This document shows, piece by piece, positions 11,802 to 23,254 of a DNA stretch of 64,000 bases. A program made the translations under genes and the position numbers. The notes below the pieces were generated by a model. It worked only from the letters and a program-made list of their open reading frames with translations. It ran no database searches and was not told the DNA's origin. Each line of letters starts with the position of its first letter. The first letter of the stretch is position 1. Source of the DNA: Polyangia bacterium (GTDB taxonomy: Bacteria > Myxococcota_A > Polyangia > Palsa-1104 > JAEUJZ01); assembly GCA_044222245.1 (NCBI GenBank), contig JBGANQ010000001.1, forward strand, positions 126,239 through 190,238. The letters run 5' to 3'.

Positions 11802-12991
11802 CGGAGGTCGCGCTCGGGACGCTGTTTCAGCTCATCCGCAACGGCCTGAGCATCGGCCAGGACAAGTCGGGCCGCGGTCTGCCCATCGCCCGCATCGAGA
11901 CCATCGCCGACTCCGAGATCAACCAAGCCCGCGTCGGCTACGCCGGTCTGGACGAGAGCGGGTGCCGCTCCTTCCTGCTGCAGCCCGGCGACATCCTGTT
12001 CAGCCACATCAACAGCGTCCCCCACCTCGGCAAGTGCGCGGTCTACCGCGGCCGCCCCGAGAAGCTGGTGCACGGCATGAACCTTTTGTGCCTGCGGCCC
12101 GAGACGACCCGCCTGCTCCCCGAGTTTGCCAAGCACCTGCTGCGCAGCCCCACCTTCCGCAGCCGCGCGCTGCCCTACGTCAAAAAGGCGGTCAATCAGG
12201 CGAGCATCTCGATCGAAAACCTGAGGACGATTCCGGTGCCGCTGCCGCCGCTGGCCGAGCAGCGCCGGATCGCTGCGGTGCTCGACCGGGCCGACGAGCT
12301 GCGCGCCAAGCGCCGCCAGAGCCTGGCCGAGCTGCAGGCGCTGCCGCAGGCCATCTTTCACTCGCTGGTTGGCGATCCGGTGCAAAACCCCCGCGGGTGG
12401 CCGCGCGTCACCTTGGCAGAGGTCATCGTCAGCGCCGCCGACGGACCGCACGCCAGCCCCCAGTACTCCCGGGACGGCGTCCCCTTGCTGTCGACCCGGC
12501 ATGTGCGCCCGGGGGAGATCGTCTGGGAGGACCTAAAGACGATCAGCCCGGCGGCGGCCGAGGTGCAGTGGCGCAAGCGCCGGCCCGCACGGGGCGACAT
12601 CCTTTACACCAAGGGCGGGACCACCGGCGTCGCCGCGGTGGTCGATACGGACGTAAAGTTCGCGGTCTGGGTGCACCTGGCCCTGCTGAAGCTGAAGCGG
12701 CAGCTGGTGGAGCCCTTCTGGCTGGAGGAGATGCTCAACAGCCCCTTCTGTCACGCCCAGGCGCAGCGGCTGACCCAGGGAATCGCCAACCGCGATCTCG
12801 GCCTCAAGAAGATGGTCCACATCGCCCTGCTGCTGCCGCCGCTCGAGCTGCAGCGCGAGTTTGTTCGCCGCCGCGCCGCCATCGCTCCCCTCAAGCGCGC
12901 CCAGCGCGCCTCGCTGGCCGAGCTCGATGCGCTGTTTGCCGCGCTGCAGCATCAGGCGTTCGGCGGCGACCTGCCGCGGCCTGGGGGCTGA
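11798..12991 (+). CDS. hsdS: type I R-M specificity subunit HsdS (two target-recognition domains)
   Basis: Overlaps hsdM stop (ATGA). Two TRD-like halves separated by conserved coiled-coil spacers (LPPLAEQRRIAAVLDRADELRAKRRQSLAEL ... LPPLELQREFVRRRAAI). Confidence 0.8.
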   Translation: MTEVALGTLFQLIRNGLSIGQDKSGRGLPIARIETIADSEINQARVGYAGLDESGCRSFLLQPGDILFSHINSVPHLGKCAVYRGRPEKLVHGMNLLCLRPETTRLLPEFAKHLLRSPTFRSRALPYVKKAVNQASISIENLRTIPVPLPPLAEQRRIAAVLDRADELRAKRRQSLAELQALPQAIFHSLVGDPVQNPRGWPRVTLAEVIVSAADGPHASPQYSRDGVPLLSTRHVRPGEIVWEDLKTISPAAAEVQWRKRRPARGDILYTKGGTTGVAAVVDTDVKFAVWVHLALLKLKRQLVEPFWLEEMLNSPFCHAQAQRLTQGIANRDLGLKKMVHIALLLPPLELQREFVRRRAAIAPLKRAQRASLAELDALFAALQHQAFGGDLPRPGG

Positions 12992-13153
12992 GCGGCGGCG
13001 CCCCGGGAGCCTCTGGCCGCCTTTGCCAGCGTCGCGCGGCGGGCAGCCGACTCTGGCCCTGCAGCCTCAGGGCCGTTACACTGCGGCCACAGGCTGCGGC
13101 GGCGCCCCGGTCGCCGACCGCCGCGCCGCTCGCGCGCCGCCAAGGAGTGCTCC

Positions 13154-15280
<2,127 letters not shown>

Positions 15281-15371
15281 GCCGCTCCGGCGCGCTCCGC
15301 CGGGTGCTGGTGAGCCGGTGCCGCACACCGGCCGCCTTTACACCGCGGTCCCGGGCAAGTAGGGTGCAGGC

Positions 15372-15713
15372 ATGAGTCAGTCGCTCACAGACAGCGAGTT
15401 CGACAAGCTCGCCGACGCGCAGCTCAGCAAGCTGTACAAGTTGCTCATGGACTTCGACCCCGATGAGATCGAGGCCGAGCTGGCGCTGGGGGTCCTGTCG
15501 ATCACCGTCCTTAACCAGCACAAGGTGGTGATCAACAGCCACCGCGCGGCGCGCCAGATCTGGATGGCGGCGCAGCGCAAGGCCTGGCACTTCGATCCAA
15601 ACCCCGCCTCCGCCTCGTTCACCACGGCCGACGCCGAGCTGCTAGCCACTGTCGAGAAGGTGCTGGGCGAGCTGCTCCGGCGACCCTTCACCCTGCCGGC
15701 CGCCCGCCGCTAG
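15372..15713 (+). CDS. cyaY: frataxin-like iron donor protein CyaY
   Basis: SDSEFDKLADAQLSKL...GVLSI...HKVVINSHRAARQIWMAAQRKAWHFD aligns with E. coli CyaY (EFHRLAD..GVLTI..IIINRQEPLHQVWLA..GGYHFD). Confidence 0.75.
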   Translation: MSQSLTDSEFDKLADAQLSKLYKLLMDFDPDEIEAELALGVLSITVLNQHKVVINSHRAARQIWMAAQRKAWHFDPNPASASFTTADAELLATVEKVLGELLRRPFTLPAARR

Positions 15714-15808
15714 CGCGCGCGGCGGCGACCGCCTCACCCGCCCCTTACCGCCGGGCGACCAGCGCGTGAAGCGGTGAAGACATGGGCCGGCGCAGGTAGA
15801 ATGAAATC

Positions 15809-16612
15809 GTGCTCGGGATCTTTTTCCTCCTGGTTTGGGTTTCGGTGATCGCGGCGCTTACCGGCCACGATCGCAATCGCGGGCGGCTGCTGCTCGCGCC
15901 CGGATACCTCGACGAGGAGTTCCACAACGCGCTGTCGCGCAGCGATCACGGGGTGCTGGCCCGCTACTATCGGGTGGCGCTCAAGCGCACGCTGCCGGCG
16001 CGCGATGAGCAGCTTATCCGCATAAACCTCGCCTGCGCCCTCAACGGCCTCGCCGAGCACGCCCAGGCGCTCGAAGAGCTCGATCGGGTGTCGCTGCAGC
16101 AGCTGTCGCCGCCCGAGGTGGCGCTGTGGCTCAATAACCGCGCCTACACCCTGGTGTTCCTCGGTCAGGCCGCCGACGCCCTGGACAACCTCAAGGACGC
16201 CGACGAGCTGCTCGCCGGCGATGAGGGCGGCGTGCGCGATCCGCTGCTCACCGCGTGCATCAGCGGCACCCGCGGCATTGCGCTGTTGCACCACGGCGAC
16301 CTCGAGGGGGCAGAGCGGTCGCTGGAGCTGGCGCTGCGCCAGGAGGAAGAGGGAGTCGCCCGCCAGTTCGATCCCGAGTGGCAGCCCGACCCGGCGCGCG
16401 CCGCCGAGCGCTGGTTCTGGCTGGGCGAGGTGGCGCGGCGGCGCGGCGACCTGCCCGCCGCCCGGCTGCGCCTGGAGCGCGCCGCAAGCTCGCCGACGGT
16501 GCCGTTTGGCCGGCGGGCGCGGGCGATGCTGAGCGAGCTGGCGGCGCTGCCCGCCCCAGCCGCCCTGCCGGCGGCCGGCGGCAGCGAGACCGAGGCCCTC
16601 AAGCGGTCGTGA
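15809..16612 (+). CDS. TPR-repeat membrane-anchored protein
   Basis: N-terminal TM (IFFLLVWVSVIAAL) then TPR-like helical repeats. Confidence 0.45.
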   Translation: MLGIFFLLVWVSVIAALTGHDRNRGRLLLAPGYLDEEFHNALSRSDHGVLARYYRVALKRTLPARDEQLIRINLACALNGLAEHAQALEELDRVSLQQLSPPEVALWLNNRAYTLVFLGQAADALDNLKDADELLAGDEGGVRDPLLTACISGTRGIALLHHGDLEGAERSLELALRQEEEGVARQFDPEWQPDPARAAERWFWLGEVARRRGDLPAARLRLERAASSPTVPFGRRARAMLSELAALPAPAALPAAGGSETEALKRS

Positions 16613-16659
16613 AAAAGCGGTTCTTGACTCGCGCTCCGACGTAAACAAGACTCCTTGAC

Positions 16660-18222
16660 GTGCTAGCCTTCGCTCTCGTACTGGCAGTCGCCCTGGGTGG
16701 CGCCGCGTTCCTCTGGCAGAGCCGGCGGCTGCAGGCCCAGCAGGCAGAGCTCCTCGCCCAGACAAAAGACGCCGCGCACCTTGTGCGCGCCACCGCCCAC
16801 GCCGAGGCCAAGCAGCTCCTGGAGGCCGCCCACGCCGAGGCCAAGGAGGCGCTGCTGCGCCGCCAGAAGCAGGGCCAGCGCGAGCTCGCGCAGCGCTGCG
16901 AGCTGCTGCAAAAGACCATGGAGCAGGCGGCGGTGTGGGAGCAGACCCTGGCCCGCAGCGAGAGCCAGCTCGCCGCCCGCGTCGCCGCCATCACCGAGCG
17001 CGAGCGCGCCATCGCCCAGATCACCGGCCGCCAGCACAGCGCCGCCGAGCGCGCCGCCGGGGCCCGCGCCGCCGCCGTCGAGCGCGTGCAGCAGCTGGCC
17101 GGCGAGACCTTCAAGGAGGCCCGCGCCCGCCTGGTCAGCGAGTGGGTCGAGCAGGCCCGCGCCGAGTCGAGCGCGGCGCTGCGCCAGCTCGAGCAGAACC
17201 ACAACGATCCAGCCTACAGCCAGCGCGCCAAGCGCATCCTCGACGTCGCCAGCCAGCGCTACTACGGGCACTACCTGACCGAGCGGCTCTTGTCCAACCT
17301 GCCGATCACCCCCGATCTGGCCGACAAGATCGGCAGTGAAGACGGCAGCGGCTTTCTCATCATCGGCGAGGTCGCCAACGTCAAGCTGACCCTGTCGGAG
17401 GACCGCACCTCGATCCGCCTTGAGGGCCAGGACAGCTTCGGCCGCGAGATCGCCCGCCGGGCGCTGTCGCGCTTCGCCCGCGCCCTGCCGCGCGGCGGCG
17501 CCGAGGGCCTGCGCCGCGCCGTGCAGGCGATCACCGAGGAGCTGGAGCGCGAGACCGTGGACCTTGGGCGCAAGGCGTTCAAGGAGCTGGAGATCCCGCG
17601 CGCCCACCCCGACATCGTGCGCCTGGTCGGCCGCCTGAACTACCGCACCAGCTACAGCCAGAACCAGTGGAAGCACGCGGTCGAGGTGGCGTTCCTGTGC
17701 GGCATGATCGCCGCCGAGCTGCGCCTGGACGTGAAGATCGCCCGCCGGGCGGCGCTCATGCACGACATCGGCAAGTCGCTGACCCACGCCATCGATGGCA
17801 GCCACGCGGTGATCGGCGCCGACTACGCGCGCCGGCTCGGCGAGGCCGAGGTGGTGGCCAACGCCATCGGCGCCCACCACCTGGACGAGCCGTTCAACTC
17901 CCCCTACGCCTATATAGTCGCCGCCGCCGACGCGATGAGCGGCGCCCGCCCCGGGGCGCGCCACGAGCAGGAGGGCAGCCACATCCAGCGCCTGGAGGAC
18001 CTGGAGCGGCTGGCGCTGACCATGTCGGGCATCGATCGCGTCTACGCCCTGCAGGCCGGGCGCGAGCTGCGCGTGCACGTGCACGAAAACCAGGTCGACG
18101 ATCTGCGCGCGGCGCAGCTGTCGAGCGAGCTGGCCGAGAAGATCAGCGACAGCCTGGTCTTCCCCGGCCAGATCAAGGTCACGGTGATCCGCGAGCTCAC
18201 CGCGGTCGCGATTGCCAACTGA
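16660..18222 (+). CDS. rny: ribonuclease Y
   Basis: N-terminal TM anchor, long coiled coil, KH domain (SGFLIIGEVANVKLTL), HD domain (HAVEVAFLCGMIAAEL...MHDIGK...AIGAHH). Confidence 0.9.
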   Translation: MLAFALVLAVALGGAAFLWQSRRLQAQQAELLAQTKDAAHLVRATAHAEAKQLLEAAHAEAKEALLRRQKQGQRELAQRCELLQKTMEQAAVWEQTLARSESQLAARVAAITERERAIAQITGRQHSAAERAAGARAAAVERVQQLAGETFKEARARLVSEWVEQARAESSAALRQLEQNHNDPAYSQRAKRILDVASQRYYGHYLTERLLSNLPITPDLADKIGSEDGSGFLIIGEVANVKLTLSEDRTSIRLEGQDSFGREIARRALSRFARALPRGGAEGLRRAVQAITEELERETVDLGRKAFKELEIPRAHPDIVRLVGRLNYRTSYSQNQWKHAVEVAFLCGMIAAELRLDVKIARRAALMHDIGKSLTHAIDGSHAVIGADYARRLGEAEVVANAIGAHHLDEPFNSPYAYIVAAADAMSGARPGARHEQEGSHIQRLEDLERLALTMSGIDRVYALQAGRELRVHVHENQVDDLRAAQLSSELAEKISDSLVFPGQIKVTVIRELTAVAIAN

Positions 18223-19318
18223 AGGCGCCGGCGCCGAGCCGCAGATCCTGACGAGCCGAGACGGAGTCGCCGTGCCCGCGCCGAGTCGCAGCCCGCTTTT
18301 CCCGGTCAGCGCCGAGACGCTCGCCCAGGCGGCGGCGCTGCTGCAGCGCGACGAGGTCTGCGCCTTCCCCACCGAGACCGTGTACGGCCTGGGCGGCAGC
18401 GCGCTGTCCCCGGCAGCGATCGAGCGGATCTACGCCCTCAAGGGACGCCCCCGGTATAACCCGCTCATCGTCCACGTCGGCGACGCCGCCGCCGCGGCGC
18501 AGCTGGCCGGGGCGTGGCCGGCGGTGGCGCAGCAGCTGGCGGCGCGCTTCTGGCCGGGGCCGCTCACCCTGGTGGTGCCGCGCGGGGCCGCGGTGCCGGC
18601 GCTGGTCAGTGCCGGCCTGCCGACGATGGCGCTGCGCGTCCCGGCGCATCCGGTGGCACTGTCGCTGTTGCGCGCCGCGCGGCTGCCGCTGGCCGCCCCC
18701 AGCGCCAACCGCTCGGAGTCGGTGTCGCCGACCACCGCCGCCCACGTCCTGGGCAGCCTGCCGGCGGTGCCGCTCATCCTCGATGGCGGCCCGTGCCCGC
18801 TCGGCATCGAGTCGACGGTGGTCGATCTGACGACCTCGCCGCCGCGCCTGTTGCGCTCTGGGGCGCTGCCGCTGCGGGCGCTGCTCGCGGTGCTGCCCGA
18901 CCTCGCGCTGCCGGAAGCGGCGCAGTCGCTCGGGCCCGAGCCCGATGCCCAGGCGCCGCGCGCCGCTCCGGGCATGCTGGGGCGCCACTACGCGCCGCGG
19001 GCGCCGATGTGCCTGCTGCCGCCGGCGCTGACCACGCTGACGCCGGCGCAGCTCGCCGCGCTGCCGCCGCCGCGCGGGCTGCTCACCTACCGGCCGCTGC
19101 CCGCGCTGACGGCACACTTTGCGCACGTCGAGCAGCTCGCTGCCGAGCCGCCGGCATTCGCCGCCGATCTCTATGCCGCGCTGCACCGCCTCGATGAGGC
19201 GGGCGTGGCCAGCATCGCCGCGCTGGCCCCGCCGCCCGACCTCGACTGGCACGCCATCGCCGACCGCCTGCGTCGCGCTAGCGCGGCGCCTTCTGCTTGG
19301 CCACCCACTCGCGAGTGA
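18212..19318 (+). CDS. tsaC: L-threonylcarbamoyladenylate synthase (TsaC/Sua5/YwlC long form)
   Basis: AFPTETVYGLGGSAL, RIYALKGRPRYNPLIVHV, FWPGPLTLVVPR (YrdC domain) plus Sua5 C-terminal domain. Confidence 0.85.
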   Translation: MPTEGAGAEPQILTSRDGVAVPAPSRSPLFPVSAETLAQAAALLQRDEVCAFPTETVYGLGGSALSPAAIERIYALKGRPRYNPLIVHVGDAAAAAQLAGAWPAVAQQLAARFWPGPLTLVVPRGAAVPALVSAGLPTMALRVPAHPVALSLLRAARLPLAAPSANRSESVSPTTAAHVLGSLPAVPLILDGGPCPLGIESTVVDLTTSPPRLLRSGALPLRALLAVLPDLALPEAAQSLGPEPDAQAPRAAPGMLGRHYAPRAPMCLLPPALTTLTPAQLAALPPPRGLLTYRPLPALTAHFAHVEQLAAEPPAFAADLYAALHRLDEAGVASIAALAPPPDLDWHAIADRLRRASAAPSAWPPTRE

Positions 19319-19778
19319 CCTGGGCGGCGGTGTCGTAGGCCTCGCGCATCTGGTCGATCATCAGCTTCTCAATCCTGCCGCCCAAAAGCGGCACCAGGAT
19401 CTTGACCTCGCCGGCGAACTCGCGCCGACACCGCCCCGGACCAAGCGGCGTGACGTTGAACGAGGAGCTCATCTGGAACCGCTCCTTCATCAGCATCGGC
19501 TCGATGCGCACCGCCATCTTCGAGGTCGCCTTGTCCAGCACGTCATACTCGGTGTAGCCGGTGTCCTTGATGACCGAGGCGGCCCACGACGGGACCGCCA
19601 GCTCGGGCTCCATCCGCTGGGTGCGCCGCACCAGGTTGCCCTCGTCCTTGTGCTCCAGCACCGTGCGGGTGCGGATCTTCAGGCGCTTGTACAGATCCTC
19701 TTCGTAGGGCTTGCTGAAGAACAGGTCCCAGAACCCCTGCGGGTCGATGTCGAAATCATGGGCGAAGCTAAAGTTCAT
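19278..19778 (-). CDS. DUF2505-like (SRPBCC fold) hypothetical protein
   Basis: 166-aa ORF, mixed alpha/beta pattern reminiscent of polyketide-cyclase/SRPBCC small proteins. Identity by recollection only. Confidence 0.4.
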   Translation of the reverse strand: MNFSFAHDFDIDPQGFWDLFFSKPYEEDLYKRLKIRTRTVLEHKDEGNLVRRTQRMEPELAVPSWAASVIKDTGYTEYDVLDKATSKMAVRIEPMLMKERFQMSSSFNVTPLGPGRCRREFAGEVKILVPLLGGRIEKLMIDQMREAYDTAAQVTREWVAKQKAPR

Positions 19779-19833
19779 GGGCGTCTCGCCGTCTGCGGGA
19801 GTGGTTGGAGGGGGGCGGCCCGGGGCCGGCGGC

Positions 19834-20112
19834 TCAGGCGAAGAGCTTCTTCAGCTCTTCTTTGATCTTCTCTTCGACCTTGCCCTTGATCGGGGACAGC
19901 GCGAACGACAGATCGAGGTTCACCTTGACCTGCGCCGGCTCGATCTTGATCGTGCCCGAGGCGCCGGTGCGCTCGACCTTGGCCTCGGTGTCGCTGTGCC
20001 ATTTCGAGGTCAGGCCGTACTTGTCCGAGAGCTCCTTGCTGAGGGCCTCGAGCTTGGTCTTGGCTTCGGCGGCGGTGACTTTGTGGCTCTGGGTGATCTC
20101 TAGCTTGGGCAT
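19834..20112 (-). CDS. polyhydroxyalkanoate-system small protein (PHA_gran_rgn family)
   Basis: Start at MPKLEITQSH. C-terminal LSFALSPIKGKVEEKIKEELKKLF matches the LSxxKGxIExxIxxxL pattern of the family; good RBS spacing. Confidence 0.5.
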   Translation of the reverse strand: MPKLEITQSHKVTAAEAKTKLEALSKELSDKYGLTSKWHSDTEAKVERTGASGTIKIEPAQVKVNLDLSFALSPIKGKVEEKIKEELKKLFA

Positions 20113-20207
20113 GGCCCGTACTCCTTGAGGTCTTTGTAAGGGTGAGATGCGGGGACACAAGGTCCGCGATGGTGCTGCATATATCATGTGCTAGCCTCGA
20201 CCGCGAG

Positions 20208-21488
20208 ATGAACAAAATTTCGCCGCCAGCCGAGCCGGACAGCCAGCCCCGCGCGGCCGGGCTACCAGGTCCGGGCGCAGTGGCAGCCCGGGTCGAGGCC
20301 GAGCCCACCCCCGACCCGCGGCTCATCACCCGCTTTGCCTCCTCCGGCGGTTGAGCGGCCAAGGTGGGTCCGGGCGACCTGCAAGAGATCATGCAAGACG
20401 TCCAAGACGCTGCGGGCGTCCAGGACCTCCCCGGCTCCGGTGAGGAGCTGGCGTCGGCGCTCGCGCCGGCGCCGGGGCAGGAGCTTGCCGGCCCCCCCGC
20501 GCTCGCCGGGGTCCGCCGCCGCCGCGACCCCGCGGTGCTCGTGTCCACCGAGACTGGCGACGACGCCGGCGTCTATCTTGTCCAGCCCGCCACGCCGGCG
20601 GGGGTGGGCATCGTCCAGACCGCCGATTTCATCACCCCGCCGTTTGACGATCCCGAGGGCTATGGGCAGATTGCCGCGGCCAACGCGCTCTCGGATGTCT
20701 ATGCGATGGGCGGGCGGCCGATCTCGGCGCTCAACCTGTGCGTGTTCCCGCCGGCCTTGGCCGCGACCAGCGCCCGCGCCATCCTGAGCGGCGCCAGCGC
20801 CAAGCTGCGCGAGGCGGGAGCGGTGCTGCTCGGCGGCCATACCGTGCGCGGCCCCGAGCTCCTGTTCGGCCTGGCGGTCACCGGCGTGGTGGCGCCGACC
20901 GCCATCTGGCGCAACGTCGGCGCCCGCCCCGGCGATGTCCTTTTGCTCACCAAGCCGCTCGGCTGCGGGCTGATTGTCACCGGGTCGCGCAAGGGCCTGG
21001 TCGCCGACGCCGAGCGCCAGGCCTGCCGCGCCGGCATGGTCAGCCTCAACCGCCGCGCCGCCGAGGTGCTGGCGCAGTTCGCGGTGCACGCGGCCACCGA
21101 TGTGACCGGCTTCGGACTGGCCGGCCACGCGCTGGGCATGACGCGACTTGAGGACGTATCGCTGCACCTGAAGGTGGGCGAGCTCCCGGTGTATCCGGGG
21201 GCGCTGGCGCTGGCCGCCCAGGGCGTGACCTGCGGCGGCGCCAAGAGCAACCGGCGCGCCTATAAAGATCGCCTCGCGCTGCAGGGGTCGCTAAGCCCTG
21301 CTTATGAGGAGCTGATCTTTGATCCGCAGACCTCTGGGGGCCTCTTGTGCGCGCTCGCTGCCGCCGACGCCGAGCCGGCGCTCGCGGCGCTGCGCGCCGC
21401 CGGGGTGCAGGCCTGCCGGATCGGCGAGGTCGGGGCGCGCGCGGCCGCGGCGCTGGTGGTGTACGGCGATGCGGGGGCGGGTCGCTGA
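20208..21488 (+). CDS. selD: selenide, water dikinase SelD (selenophosphate synthetase), selenocysteine-containing (in-frame TGA at about 20352-20354)
   Basis: ORFs 20142..20354 and 20364..21488 are in the same frame, separated only by TGA. Read-through gives RLITRFASSGG-U-AAKVGPGDLQEIM, aligning with E. coli IRLTQYSHGAG-C17-GCKISPKVLETIL (Sec at Cys17, Lys20 conserved). Downstream DDAGVY, ADFITP, AANALSDVYAMGGRP typical SelD. Alternative GTG start at about 20280. Confidence 0.85.
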
Positions 21489-21742
21489 GCCCCGCCGGTG
21501 TCGTCGGGCGCCTCGCCTCCGACGGCACGCAAGAACGCCACACGGGCCGCACCAAGCCGCCCCATTGTGGTCATGGTGAACGGCGCGCGGGACGCCCGCG
21601 GCTCGGGCTCACCGTCGCTCAGCTCTGACTGCGACGGGCGCCAGGCGGCTGGCACGCCGCCTGCTGAGGTGTCCGGTCAAGCGAGCGGCCCGCCCCAAAG
21701 TGGCCGCGAAGAGCTCAAACCCGATTACTCAGGAGAACTCCC

Positions 21743-22123
21743 ATGAAGATTACGAAGCTCGTGCTTGGTGTCGCCGCCGCTCTCGCTCTGGCCGCGGGTC
21801 CCGCCGGCGCTCAGGACAAGAAGGCCGCCAAGGCCGAGAAGATCGAGGCCAAGGCCGACAAGGTTGAGGCCAAGGCCGAAAAGGCTGAGGCCAAGGCCGA
21901 CGCCAAGGCCGCCAAGGCCGAGAAGGTCGAGGCCAAGGCCGACAAGGCCGCCGCCAAGGCCGAGGCCACTGGCAATGAGAAGGCCGCCGCCAAGGCCGAG
22001 AAGGTCGAGGCCAAGGCCGACAAGGCCGAGCACAAGGCGGAGAAGGCCGGCCGCAAGGCGGGCAAGGCCGAGGCCAAGGCCGAGAAGGTCGAAGCCAAGG
22101 CCGCTGCCGCCGCCGGCAAGTAA
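21743..22123 (+). CDS. secreted low-complexity Ala/Lys/Glu-rich repeat protein
   Basis: Signal peptide MKITKLVLGVAAALALAAGPAGAQ, then AKAEKVEAKADK-type repeats encoded by repeats of roughly 33-80 nt. AGGAG RBS 8 nt upstream. Confidence 0.7.
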   Translation: MKITKLVLGVAAALALAAGPAGAQDKKAAKAEKIEAKADKVEAKAEKAEAKADAKAAKAEKVEAKADKAAAKAEATGNEKAAAKAEKVEAKADKAEHKAEKAGRKAGKAEAKAEKVEAKAAAAAGK

Positions 22124-22185
22124 CCTCGTCGGTACGGGGGCCGCTCGCGGTCCCCGCGCTGCTGGCTCCAGCTACGCAAAGCACC

Positions 22186-22218
22186 GGGCCCCGGGGGCAA
22201 CCTCGGGGCCCTTTTTTT
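22186..22218 (+). terminator. rho-independent terminator
   Basis: GGGCCCCG-ggggcaacct-CGGGGCCC perfect 8-bp GC stem followed by TTTTTTT, 63 nt after stop of 21743..22123. Confidence 0.7.
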
Positions 22219-22229
22219 GCCCGCCGGGC

Positions 22230-23240
22230 TTACAGGGCGAGCAGGGCGGCGAGCAGCTGCTGGCGAGCCGCGGGCAGCGGCGCCTCGACGGCGATCCGGG
22301 CGCCGGCAGCGGCCTGCGGGTCCAGGGCGGGGAAGCGCAGCCGAGCGGCGTGCAGGAAATAGCCCGGGGCGCCCGCCAGCGTCGCGGGCGCATCCGCCAG
22401 GTCGAGCGGCCCGAGGTCCTGCGGGCGCGGGCCGCCGTACAGCTCATCGCCGACCAGCGGCAGCCCCAGGTGCGCCAGGTGGGCGCGAATCTGGTGGCGC
22501 CGCCCGGTCTGCGCCTGGGCCTGCAGCAGCGTGAAGCGCCGCCCGCGCGACAGGACGACAAACCGCGTGTAGGCATCCTGGGCGTCCCGGCGGTACATCT
22601 GATCCGGCGTCGCGGCGACCTGCACCCGGCGGTGACCGTCGGGGCCGCCGCCCGCGAGCAGCGGCAGCGCCAGCTCGAACTCGTCCTGGGTCGGCACCCC
22701 GGCGACCAGGGCCAGGTATTCCTTGTCGACCTGACCGGCGGAAAAAGCCGTTCGCAGCGCCTGCCAGGCGGCCGGGGTGCGCGCCGCGGCCAGCGCCCCG
22801 GTGGTGAAGGTGTCCAGGCGGTGGCCCAGGCCCCCCTCGCGCGGGCTATCGCTGGCGCGCGCGCACTCGGGGTAGCGGGCGACCAGGGCGTTGGCGACCG
22901 TGCCAAGCTCACCGGGGCGCAGCGGGTGACACGCCAGGCCGGCGGGCTTGTTGAGGACGACCACGGCGGCGTCCTGGTAAAGGACGGTGAGCGGCAGCTC
23001 GGGCTGCGGCTGCGGGGGCGTCCGCTGCGGATCGAGCGGCGGGGCGCGCAGCTCGACCCGCTGCCCGGCGGCCAGCACCTCGCCCTTTTTGCCCACCCGG
23101 CCATCGAGCAGCACCTGCCGCTCGCTGAACAGGCGCAGCGCCGCCCCGCGCGACAGCCCGGTCCGCTCGGCGACAAAAGAGTCCAGGCGGCAGCTCTGCT
23201 CGGCGGCGGCGACGACAAAGGTTCTGGCTTGATCGGTCAC
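22230..23240 (-). CDS. RluA-family (RluD-like) 23S rRNA pseudouridine synthase
   Basis: N-terminal S4 domain (RLDSFVAERTGLSRGAA...VLLDGRV), catalytic GHRLDTFTTG (HRLD motif), ...RRHQIRAHL. Confidence 0.85.
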   Translation of the reverse strand: MTDQARTFVVAAAEQSCRLDSFVAERTGLSRGAALRLFSERQVLLDGRVGKKGEVLAAGQRVELRAPPLDPQRTPPQPQPELPLTVLYQDAAVVVLNKPAGLACHPLRPGELGTVANALVARYPECARASDSPREGGLGHRLDTFTTGALAAARTPAAWQALRTAFSAGQVDKEYLALVAGVPTQDEFELALPLLAGGGPDGHRRVQVAATPDQMYRRDAQDAYTRFVVLSRGRRFTLLQAQAQTGRRHQIRAHLAHLGLPLVGDELYGGPRPQDLGPLDLADAPATLAGAPGYFLHAARLRFPALDPQAAAGARIAVEAPLPAARQQLLAALLAL

Positions 23241-23254
23241 TTTACACCGGCACT

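Noticed and set aside
15590-15612. TGGCAC hexamer inside cyaY resembling a sigma-54 -24 box
   Set aside because: No GC at the -12 position with correct spacing; intragenic.
16663-18372. 569-aa ORF antisense to rny
   Set aside because: Same reasoning: no domain signatures, mirror of a confident CDS.
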